The position numbers and the translations under genes are program-made. A DNA stretch of 64,000 nt from Squalus acanthias. Its lineage: Eukaryota. The notes under the pieces were generated by a model. That model saw nothing but the letters and a program-made list of their open reading frames with translations, had not been told where the DNA came from and did no database searches. The number at the start of each line of letters is the position of its first letter. Position 1 is the first letter of the stretch. The DNA is taken from positions 69,690,001 to 69,754,000 of the forward strand of contig CM059438.1 in assembly GCA_030390025.1 (NCBI GenBank). Direction: 5' to 3'. Shown piece after piece: positions 53,040 to 64,000 of the stretch.

Positions 53040-53460
53040 CATTCCAGCATTGGAGACAGTGCAAAGAGCGAAGTGTTAAAGGTCTGAATTATGAGGATAG
53101 ATTGGAAAAGCTAATCTTTTCAATCTTGCAAAGATATGTCTGAGAAGTGATATTGTGGAGGTGTAAATAAGATAGGTAATGGTATGAAAAAGGTAAATCT
53201 AGAAAATTACTTTCAATTGTGAGAGTAGGACAAGGCACAACAGGTTCAAGCTAGTAAACGGCAAATTTTTGACTAATATCAGGAAGTTCTTCACACAGAG
53301 AATGATCAATACATGCAGTTGAGTTCTGGATAGAATGGGGGAAGCAAAAACCCTGGATTTGTTTAAGAACCAATTGGATGCTGCAATATAGGAGCCTCTA
53401 AGTCTTTCCAGATGAAGGAACTAAGATGGGCCAAATGGCCTTCCTCATCTGTAAATATAT
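53040..53460 (+). mobile_element. Old CR1 3' fragment
   Basis: ALETVQ...GLNYEDRLEKL remnant and gggccaaatggccttcctc tail. Confidence 0.6.
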
Positions 53461-54800
53461 TATGTTTTTGTGAACCAACATTACCTAATATAGTCTGGTC
53501 ATCTGTCTCTCCATGGATCCTGCTGTGAGGAAAATGGCTGATGCTTTTGTGTATGTAACTAATCACTGCACTTCAAATTAATGCATTGTATGTGAAGCAC
53601 CTTGAGGTATTTCTGAGCAATAGTATAAGGTGCCATTTAAATGCATACCTTTATCTCTTTTTTTAAAATAACCAAAGATAAGTAACTAGCTGAGTTCAAC
53701 CCAGATGCAATCTGGAAACTTGAAATGCTGTTGTCAAATTAAGTCATGGAAAAACTAGCCATCTACTTCCCATAATCTGCTAATCGTGGCAATTATTTTT
53801 TTGGTCTAAAAATTTAGGAATTGTACTTTTTCCCTCCAAACTGTTGGAATTTCCCAAATTGATTTATGGCTTCTGATTTTGTCAGATGTTTCTCGTTGAG
53901 TTGATAGGGTCTGGTAGATTTGTAGGGTTAGGGTTTTAGTATCTTATTCATTTTGTCTCTGTATCCTCCAATGTCCTATTTCTGAATTTATTTCTCAACC
54001 TCCCCACAACGCATCATGTTTGTACCTCTAAAAGGGTTAAACTTTTTTTTGACAATCTGAAAACCTCTTTAGGAGAATAGGTATGTTGGTTGGAAAGGAT
54101 ATATTGCAAGGCTGTCCTGAAGGCTCAGTGGATAAATATATTTCATAATATCCTTCTGGGCTGTGCATATTATGAAGGCTTATGGATTGCAACATCTTTA
54201 GCTGTTTTTTTTGATTGATTCAACAGTCACATTGTGGATGTACAGTACATCTGCTCCATATAAGCTGCAAAGAAAAAATGTCACATATATAAATAGGGTT
54301 CAAATGAAGTGTTCAAGCTGGTCCTCCAGCAAGTATGTGACTTTTATATATTGGTGGCTTTTTCCATTTTGTTGTCTTCCTAAGGACCATTTATAATGTG
54401 TGATGCTCTGACTATACAATTGAATTGATCTGTCACAACTTGTCTTAGATTCAGTTTACAGTGGGAAACAGAGAACAGCACAATGCCAAGTATGTCTAGT
54501 GAGTGAAGAACTGACAGCTGGTGACTGATGAAACCATTGTATTATGAAGGCCTTCCTTATAAATGGAACAGCACATCCCCAGTGCATACTATAGTCTTAA
54601 AACAAACAACGTAGAGAAACAAAAGGAAAACAAGTTTGTCTTTTGACGTTGTACATCGACCTGTGTTATTTCAAGTTTGGAGGGCACTTCAGTGATGCCC
54701 ATTGTGCCCATACGTTTCTTTCAATGCAATTTTAAGTACCATCTTGAAAATCCCTTTGTGTTAGCAGATTTTCTTAGTGGTTGCCATCATAACAAAGGTT

Positions 54801-55122
54801 TGTTAATCCGGCGACAATAACTCCGCCTATGATTCACAGGCGAGTGTTTTTTATAATAACAAGCTTTATTACATTAACTGGTAATGGTCTTCCATTTATA
54901 TTAAATGACAAGATGACATGCAAATAATACAACCTGGTTCCCAGGCTCCGACTACCTTGAGAGCACACTCTGACCCAAGAGCACAACACAATTCATTCCC
55001 AAGTCTTGGCTCCAACCCTCCAGGCTCTCCACGTGGCTGTGTGCCTCCTGACCTTGGGCACGCTCTATTCTTATACTATAATACAATCTTGGCCAATGCT
55101 TACGTAATACGTAGGTTGCACA
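54801..55122 (-). mobile_element. Possible solo LTR
   Basis: TG...CA ends possible; minus-strand TATAA near 55072 and AATAAA near 54866. TSD unresolved. Confidence 0.35.
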
Positions 55123-55484
55123 TTTAGCTGAGGCCGCATTTTTTGTTTTTTACCCAGCTTCTGTTCTTTTCAGCATTTGCATTTGTGCTACAAGCTTTGT
55201 TTGGAATACAGTAAGTGCAAAGGCCAAATGTTTATCTTCTACTGTGGTATGTGGTGTCTTGGCAACGAGTCTCTTGTCAGGGTATGAGCCTTTTTCTTGA
55301 CCTGGGTGTCTCCATTCTCTGCCCTTGTGTTTCCAAACTGTCTGTTATTCATATATAGAGGTAAGATTACGATTTCCCTATCTCCCACATTTGTTCGAAC
55401 ACTAAAAATGCTAAACGAAAGGAATGCTGGGATAGCTTGACCATTTAAATAATTTCTTAAATATTCTAACACACTGCAAAACCA

Positions 55485-55937
55485 GTGGCTCTGGGAAGCA
55501 CTCTCGCCTCTGAGTCAGAAGGTTGTGGGTTCAAGTCCCACTCCAGGGACTTGAGCACAAAAATTTAGGCTGACATTCCAGTTCAGTACTGGGGGAGTGC
55601 TGCACTGTCGGAGGTGCCGTCTTTCGGATGAGACATTAAACTGAGACCCCGTCTGCCCTCTCAGGTGGATGTAAAAGATCCCATGGCACTATTTTGAAGA
55701 AGAGCAGGGGAGTTATCCCCAGTGTTCTGGCCAATATTTATCCCTCAATCAACAAAACAAAAGCAGATTATCTGGTCATTATCACATTGCTGTTTTGGGA
55801 CCTTGTTGTGCACAAATTGGCTGCCACGTTTTCTACATTACAACAGTGACTACACTCCAAAAGTGCTTCATTGGCTGTAAAGCGCTTTAAGACATCTGGT
55901 GGTCATGAAAGGCGCTATATAAATGCAAGTCTTTCTT
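55485..55937 (+). mobile_element. Full-length DeuSINE (SacSINE1/AmnSINE1-related)
   Basis: tRNA head (gggttcaagtccc), Deu-like core gtgccgtctttcggatgagac...aaaagatcccatggcactat, L2-type tail ggcgctatataaatgcaagt. Decayed copies near 52900, 60800-61160 and 63310-63490. Confidence 0.85.
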
Positions 55938-58900
55938 TAAAAGGGCCGTTGGATCCAAATCTCAATTCCTCGCCTCTGAGTTGCAGAGCTCATGAAAACA
56001 TTTAGCTCTGTGACTCTATGAAGACACAAAAAACAAATCTTGGGCAACTCCACAGACAACTAACCCACTCTTGCTTCTTTGATCCAATTCAGGCAACTGT
56101 AAGTGTAGTAACAGTGCATTAAAACATTTGAGGATAACAGGAGTGTTGGGAAGCAGAGAGAGAATTGATCTTCATGGCAAACATTTCCCAGATATTTAAA
56201 GAGCTGTGTGGAGACGTCATTTAACTTCATTTTGCAAATGTACATCAGTATCAGTCGCATAAAGCGCTTTTGAAAATTACACGCAACAATCAATAACGAG
56301 ACACATTGTGCCAATTCTGCTCGGGGCTAATTTGTATTGGCTGGGCTGATGCTACTTTGATTGACTTCAATTCTACTAATGAGAGATTTTGGCTCAAATG
56401 TCCCGTCTTCTGTGTAAAACAGTAAATTATTTAATACATTTTAATTTCCTGGGGGGAAATTGTTTTGCTTTGTGTTGTGTCTAATGGGTCTTACCTGGCA
56501 GTCGTTGCTGGGTGTGGGTTATATAACATTTTTAGGTTTTACATTACATATTCTACTCAGGATTCACTGTCACCCACTGTTCCCATAAGCAGACATTGCA
56601 TCCTCTACAATCTGGACTATACCCAAACCTACTAATTATCAAGGTAAATTCATAACAAGATCCAGTGCCTTCTGGCCATTGAGCAGTCAATCAAAGGGTT
56701 ACTGCCAATCATTGGACCTGCTCCTTCTCACAAGTCTGATCCACATCTCCATGCTAGACACAACTCACAATCTAAACCATTAGCCAGAATGGCTCAATAA
56801 ATGTATATATGCTACATAACTTTAATCAGTTCAGGACCTATGAAGACATGCCAGAACTAAGGGGGAGAAATTTATTATCGCCCTGTTTAGGGGCGGTAAT
56901 CTTTGAAAGCAGGGAAACTTATCGCTACAACCTTATTCCAGATTTATTTAATTAATTGAATTTAAATTCTTCAGCTGGCATGGTGGGATTTGAACTCTTG
57001 TCTCCGGATTATTAGTCCAGGCCTCAGGATTACTTGTCCAGTCACATTACTACTATGCTACCATTCCCGTAAAGTACTCATCCCTTCTATCTGACCAGTC
57101 AGGGACAGCAGGGTTGGATTACCTTTTAAATAAATAACACCCATCTGGAATGTATTTATTTAATTTATATATCAAAGTAAGTACCTCCAAATTTTGTGTC
57201 TGATTTCAATGGGCAGGACTTATTGATTTTGGTAGGAACTTTGGTTTCAGGCATAGTCTTAAGGAACATGGTTTTTTGAAACTTTTCTTTTACCTTTTTA
57301 CAACAAAATACTGTGGTGTATTTGAATTAATGACAGTTTTGCTTGGTTGCAGTTTTAGCAGATGTAGATGTTGTAAATATCTATCTATTCCTTCACCTCC
57401 AACTATCAGTAATAATCAAATCAAATATTTGTAATGCTTTTCAATTATATTGGTCTACATCATTGAAACAAGTGTCACCACTGAGACAGTTGTGTGAGAT
57501 GGCACGGAGCAAAAGAACCCATTTCAGTGTGCATTCGACCATTGTAATGAAGCAGTCAACACTACAAAGAAGCAGAAAGAGACAGCATTGAACAAAGATA
57601 ACTAAATTATAGCGCTGTCAGTAAGACAGATACTCAAAAGGTGCGATGGAGCGACATGTAAAGAGATCCTTTGCAGTGCAACTTTTAATAGCAAAATTAC
57701 CATCATGCTGCAATAATTGTAGGATAATAGTTTAACTACTAAAGACCAGTGCTGCAGCAATTGAACCTCTTCAATCACAATAGCCTGTTGATACTATGAT
57801 TTTGCTTACGTGGGTTTCTTCATTTCTAGACCATTTAGCCAGTTTGTTATAGAATAGAACTCAAAGTTAACATGGACAACTCTAGAAAACAGCTGTCTTG
57901 TTTCCCACTGAGGTGGCCTTGCAACCAATACTGAGTGCAAGGCAGAGTTGTGTGATGCAAAAGTACTTGAAGAGCTCATTAGAATAGCTAATTCCCATTT
58001 GCTATGTGGGGGACATGCTACCATGTTTTCTTAGCTGTTGCACACTGCAAAGGAAAAACCAAGTTTAGGTGAACCTAGTCTGGAATGGCACAGTTCTCTG
58101 TCAGTGTTAAAACGGCCCCACCAGATATCATGTGCCGGTCTGTTTTAGAAATTAAAATTGCATTTATTGTAGAATATTTTTTCCTTGAGATTTTCGTGAA
58201 ATGGACTAAGATATCCTTTAGTCGTTGGTCAGTGAAGAACTGATCATCTTTTGCTGGTATTACATTTAAATAAAAACAAAGTCCATAAACTTCTGAACTC
58301 CGAAAAGTTAAGAGGGGTTAGTGAAACATTTTAAACTTAACTCTTTCATTTTCCAGAGAGACTAGTGCAATGAGCTTTATGGCCACTTTCAATTGGAATT
58401 GCAATTAACTCTCCAGTCAAGATGCCTTGTGCCCTTTTAGTTGAAAGCCAATTAAGTTAGACTCCAGGGAGGACATGTTAGATTCGAAGAAGGATGTCAT
58501 GTTCTTATGTGCATTTGAAATCTAATTATCTAAGGAGATCAATCAAAAGGTTAATTGGCTAATACCCCTGTCCTGTTTAAAAAGGAATGGAGGGGCTAAG
58601 GACATCTAGTATGCTGAGAGGTTAGCTGAGGCACTCGTCTATACGGCGGTGATTGATATTAAAATACAGTTGTAAACAATACACAGACATAAAACAAATC
58701 ACTGTTCTGGTCCTGTGAAGACCACCTTTTCTTCAGTATTCTCTGGAAACCCAGTGAAATGGTGAGGCACAATTAGAATAAGCACCAGTTCCAGCACAGG
58801 ACACCAGACCCATGGTGCCTGCACTAAAGCTGTCTGATCCCACTTCCCTTTTCTCATAAACAACATGTATGTTTTATTTAAGAAAATGGGGTATCTATAT

Positions 58901-59439
58901 CGTCTTTTGTCTGTTTCTTCATTACAACTCGTGTTCAAGCCCATTTCTGAGATGGTGCAGTTGTCTGATTTTAGTCTACTACCAATAATCCAGAGATATT
59001 TGCATGAAAAAAATGAATTATCCATTAATTGGAATTCATCCATGTATTTAAAATGGCAATGTGAAGGAAAAGTGCAAAAAAAGGAATTATGGGTCGACCA
59101 TCCCCATGGGTGCCAATCATAAAAACTGGAGATGAACTGGTAATACATTTAATTGCTGTTTGAGGGATCTTGTTTGGTGCAAAATAAAATGACTGTCCTA
59201 TTTGCCGACAAGATAACATTCAAGTTTGCTCTATCATCCTTAAACCCTGATGCTTTCATGGTTTAGTTATAGTATATATTATGTAAAGCTGCAAAATGTT
59301 TATTTTACTTCACATTGATGCGGGTGTGAAGTACTTTCAGTTTTGCACATAATACGAGATTGCTTTTGAGGATGTCGCATTGGATCAGTTCAGCTTCCCA
59401 AGGGTTGTAACTGATGTGCAATGAAGTTTTCAAAAACAT

Positions 59440-59839
59440 TTTTTTTTAATTCATTCACGGATGTGGGTGTTGCTGGCAAGGCTAGCATTTATTGCTCATC
59501 CCTAATTGCCCTTGAGTGGCTTAGCTTGGCCATTTCAGAGGGCAGTTAAGAGTTAACCACATTGACTGTGGGTCTGGAGTCACATATAGGCCAGACCGGG
59601 TAAGGACGGCAGATTTCCTTCCCTGAAGGACATTAGTGAACCAGATGGGCTTTTACAACAATCTGATAGTTTCATGGTCATCATTACTGATGCTAGCTTT
59701 ATTCATTCTAGATTTATTTAATTAACTGAATTTAAATTCCCCAGCTGCCATAGTGGGATTTGAACTCTTGTCACCAGATTATTAGTTCAGGTCTCTGGAT
59801 TATTAGTCCAGTAATATTACCACTATGCTACCGTTCCCC
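59440..59839 (-). mobile_element. tRNA-derived SINE sharing its 3' tail with the LINE at 15635-18398
   Basis: Head ggggaacggtagcatagtgg...gagttcaaatccc; tail 59450-59516 matches 15647-15716. Second partial copy at 56932-57069. Confidence 0.8.
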
Positions 59840-60119
59840 TGACTGGAGTGAACAGTAGAACTTGAATCTGCCAGGTCTGTGCCATTCTGAGTATGTATTG
59901 GTCTCCAATCAGGAGTTATATTGTAACTCCCCCATAGCTTCCTTTAACATGTATTTTTTTTATTACTTTGAGCTGACTGTAAATTTGGCCCCACTGCGGT
60001 AATTCCTAGTCGCTGCAGTAGATTACAATTCTCACTCCTGTCTATTCAGTTGCTTGAGAAGAGGTAATGCATTAAAATAAAATTAACACGCTAAATTTAA
60101 TTAAATTTTAGTCATTAGG

Positions 60120-60352
60120 AGCAATGTTTTTACTCACTGAGTTATGATGATCTGGAATGCATTGCCTGAAAGGGTGGTGGAAGTAGATTTAATCATAATT
60201 TTAAAAAGGGAATTGGATCTCTACTTGTAAAGGAAAAATTTGTAGGGCTATGGGGAAAGAGCAGGGGATGGAACTGATTGGATTGCTCTTTCAGAGAGCC
60301 AGCACAGGCACGATGGGCCGAATGGCCTCCTTCTGTGCCGTGTGATTCTATA
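60120..60352 (+). mobile_element. CR1 3' end
   Basis: IWNALPERVVE remnant and gggccgaatggcctccttctgtg tail. Confidence 0.8.
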
Positions 60353-60477
60353 TAAAAAAAGAATCATAGCAAATCCTTAAGATGAAGGAGCTGAAGTGTT
60401 ATGAATTAAGGAATAAAAATTATTAAATGATGAGGATCATTCAGTAACTAAAAGTGCAGTGTTTTATAATAACAATT

Positions 60478-60613
60478 GGAATCATAGAATGATACAGCAC
60501 TGAAGGAGGCCATTCATCCCATCGTGCCTGTGTCGGCTCTTTGAAAGAGCTATCCAATTAGTCCTACTCCCATTCTCTTTCCCCATAACCCTGCAATCTG
60601 TTCCACTTCAAGT
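60478..60613 (-). mobile_element. CR1 3' tail, inverted relative to 60120-60352
   Basis: Reverse complement of about 60225-60350. Confidence 0.75.
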
Positions 60614-61316
60614 GGTATAAAAAAATCTTGATACTGGAAATTAGAGGTTGTGCCTGGGATGAAAAGTTGGATGTCATTAGTTTAAACCCAGAGGAAGGAA
60701 ATTAATTTCATACAGATGTGATTAAAATGTTAAAATAATACAAATAATAAACTGTGGGTGCACCCAAGAGCAACGTATGGGGACTCTCGATGGGGATTGG
60801 CTCAGATGATACCATTCTCATTTCTGGGTCACGAAGGTTGTTGGTTCGATCCCCATGCCAGTAACATAGGCTAACATCCCAGTGCAGTTCTGAGGTGCCA
60901 TCCTTTGAGAATGGAGCTCCTAGCTGCCTCCTCCAGTGGTTTACATGAATGTTGAAGATCTGGGAGTGTTGCGTGTTCTTCATTCAGCCACAACACCACT
61001 GCCATTTATGGGATCTTGTTTTGTGTACAAAATGACTTTTATTTGCCGACATACCAAGTACCAACAGTCAGTGTACTTCACACACAGTAAATTACTTTGG
61101 AAGAACTTTCAGACGTTTAAAAGATGTGGTAAGACGTTATGTAAATACAAGTTTTTGTTATTTCAATTCAGCGAGTGTCATTCAAACAGTTCATTTAGCT
61201 TTTTCATGATCAAAGATTCAACACAGCTGCTGTGTAAGTCTGCCACTTCAGAAAAATATATATACTTGGGATTTGCCTTAGTCTATCAGGACAAGATGAA
61301 GAATTTAATATACATT

Positions 61317-62022
61317 GGGCCGTATTTTCCGATCGGAGGCTTCCCGCGTGCGGAAGCCTCCGATCTGGAAAAAATCTACGCACTTACCTGAGGGCTCCCG
61401 AGGTGCGTGTAGTTCCGATGCTGGGCCTCTCCAACTCCAAGTGTGCAGGGCCCACGTATCCCAGGGGCGCATGCGGTTCGCAAGCATCCGTGGGATCACG
61501 TGGGCCATGGGGAGCCAATCAAAGAAGGGAATCTCCCTTCATACACTTGACAGATAGACCTGTCAAATATATGAATGGAGATCAGTGAAAAAACATAGTA
61601 AAACTTTAAATACATTTTTAAAAAATCACCTTTTTAAAATTAGTTGAAATTACAATAAATTAAATATTTTAAACAAAAATTAAATTTTTTGAAAAAAATA
61701 ATTAAAGTTTTTTACGGGGCTAAAAATAAACTTACTTTTTTTAAAGTATTTTTAAATTACAAATGACTGAAATTTTTTTTTTTTACTTTTTTTCAACTCT
61801 TATCCTGGTCTAAGGGTTTTCTGCGGGTGGAGGGTCTCCAGAAAGCGGAACTCTCCGCCCGCAGAGGCCCTTCTCCAGGGCAGGCGTCCAGACCATTCTT
61901 GACAGATCGGAAATTCCGGTTTTCAGCGCATGCGCTTGGCATGCCTGAAACCAACATTTCCAATGTCCCTACGGGTGGGTACACACCTCGTACACACCCG
62001 TAGGGATCGGAATATCCGGGCC
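61317..62022. mobile_element. Non-autonomous Harbinger-type element
   Basis: Imperfect TIRs gggccgtattttccgatc / gatcggaatatccgggcc; same internal layout as 10835-11596; TSD imperfect. Confidence 0.7.
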
Positions 62023-62535
62023 TATATCTGTACTCTTGTTAGCAGGGCAAAGACATGCATGAGACATTACCCCGTGGCACAGCTTTTATTTTCACCTTTT
62101 CTTGATGAATGAATTTTGTGATTGTAATTTGTATTACACTTGCCTTTATTCCATGCACGTAAGATATCGCTGTACTGTGCACCCAAGAGCAACATATGGG
62201 GACTCTCAATTATCTGTGAATTCCCATCATTCACTGTGGGTTGCCTCCATTATGGCAGATAGTATTTATTTAAACAAAAATATATTGGAGCAAGTGAAGG
62301 TGATAATCTACAGGAATGTTGACTTCCCTGAGCTCAGGTGACATGAGGGAGGAAGGAAAAGTGATCTTCCACATGGGGAAAAATTAGTCTTGCAGCACCC
62401 ACAAGACTACTTTTTGATCTAACGTCTTCCAGTGGGGACCAGGAAAGTGGTCGGTCAGGTATTTAGTGGTATAAAATGTTATAGTGGGGGAATTGTTTGA
62501 ACACCAGTCCTCATAATGACATTGTATCTAATATC

Positions 62536-62971
62536 ATAGAAACATAGAAACATAGAATCTAGGAGCAGGAGTAGGCCATTCGGCCCATCGAGCCTGCTCC
62601 ACCATTCAATACGATCATGGCTGATCATCTAAATCCAGTACCCTGTCCCTGCTTTAATCCCCACAGTACACATATCCCACCCTACCCCCGTAACCCCACG
62701 TATTTAATTCCCCCTAACATATCCCATCCTATCCCCATAACCCCACATATTTAATCCCCCCCTAACACTAAGGGTCAATTTATCATAGCCAAATCAACCT
62801 AACCCGCACATTTTTGGACTGTGGGAGGAAACCGGAGCACCCGGAGGAAACCCACGCAGACACGGGGAGAATGTGCAAACTCCACACAGACAGTCACCCG
62901 AGGTCAGATTCGAACCCGGGTCCCTGGCGCTGTGAGGCACCAGTGCTAACCACTATGCCACCGTGTTGCCC
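62536..62971 (-). mobile_element. HE1-like V-SINE, second copy
   Basis: Near-identical to 39642-40098, with part of the inner tail deleted. Confidence 0.85.
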
Positions 62972-63734
62972 TAATGATGGCAGAAACTTGCCAGCAAAAA
63001 CACTGCTTGTAAGGAAAGCTGACTCAAAACCCATGAAGTGGGGAGAATAAATAGGGAAAAACACACACACAGGATCAAAAATTGAAATATGTTTAGGATG
63101 AATTAAGGAGGGAAGAAATTAGATATGTGCAAGGTTAAAAAATAGGAAAGCTGAAAAAGCATTGAGAAAAATCTAAAAAATAGGTTTAAAAGCTTAAGGA
63201 AACATAAAAGGAGGGAGATGGAAAACGACCACTGGCAAGATAATCAAAGGATGCAAAATACATTGCAATAGATATTTTTAATTTAGACTTGGTTCATTGG
63301 CAGCAACGAATTTGAAGCCCCACTCCCGAAATTGTGCACATAATCCTTCACTGCAGTACTGAGGGAATAAAACGTGCTGTTTTCAGATGAGTTGTTAAAC
63401 TGAGGCCTTGCCTGCTTACTCGGGTAGATATAAAAGATCCCATGGCACTACTGGAACAAAGATCGGGAGGTTCTCCCATTTTTCTGGACAATAGTTAAAA
63501 TACTTTTTTTGTGCAAAGTTTCTGATGTCCAAACTGATTCCAGGCTGCTTCTAGTAGGTAGAAGGTATGCAGTGTGTTCAGATTCAAGGAGATGTGTAAT
63601 AAAGTGATTGTTCATTTAAAAACAGAATGCCTAAACATTCACCAGGCAGCAGTAATGGATAGAATGCATTTGAGAATACCCATGGAGATGAGGGTAATGA
63701 GTATCGGGAGCTGTGGCTGGAACATTTGTAACTT

Positions 63735-64000
63735 GTTTAAATATAGGGTCATACCAGAAGACTGCAGAATAGCTAATGTTCCAATTCTTTAAAAAAAAAT
63801 TCAGGATGATCCTGGAAACAATAACTTCATTAACAATGACATCTGTAGGAACAGTTATTCGAGTCTATTACAAAGAAACAATTCCTGTTCATTTAACAGG
63901 AATAAAAGCAATAATTCCCAAACTAACGCTGGTTCCTGAAAGGATTTTATGCTGAGTGATTATATTAGAATTCTTTGAGGATGAAACAGAAATTCTTGGT
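63735..64000 (+). mobile_element. Old CR1 RT fragment
   Basis: VIPEDCRIANVPIL matches the CR1 VPEDWRIANVxPLF motif. Confidence 0.55.

Noticed and set aside
56130..56560. Possible conserved non-coding enhancer (also about 9000-9200 and 57600-57800)
   Set aside because: Impression only; needs cross-species alignment.
1..64000. Further ASTN2 exons, nested TRIM32, CRISPR arrays or prokaryotic systems
   Set aside because: None recognisable; short exons could have been missed by eye.

Overview
Repeat-rich vertebrate genomic DNA, almost certainly a cartilaginous fish (shark-type CR1/HER1 LINEs, HE1-like V-SINEs, DeuSINEs, Penelope-like and Harbinger elements). The window lies in the large introns of astrotactin-2 (ASTN2) on the + strand; only one host exon is recognisable (46281-46656, 376 nt, clean AG/GT). 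The rest is intron with decayed transposons, including a fossil two-gene Harbinger element (about 13.3-23.0 kb) split by four nested retroelements, several non-autonomous Harbinger elements, a solo LTR, an ERV-like LTR and two degenerate Penelope-type hammerhead motifs. The most striking unexplained structure is a ~140 bp, ~90% identical inverted repeat that tightly brackets the ASTN2 exon. Its upstream arm sits in the loop of an older palindromic element, and two other local templated duplications occur in the window. Family names come from recall, not database searches; identities were counted by hand; most repeat boundaries are approximate.
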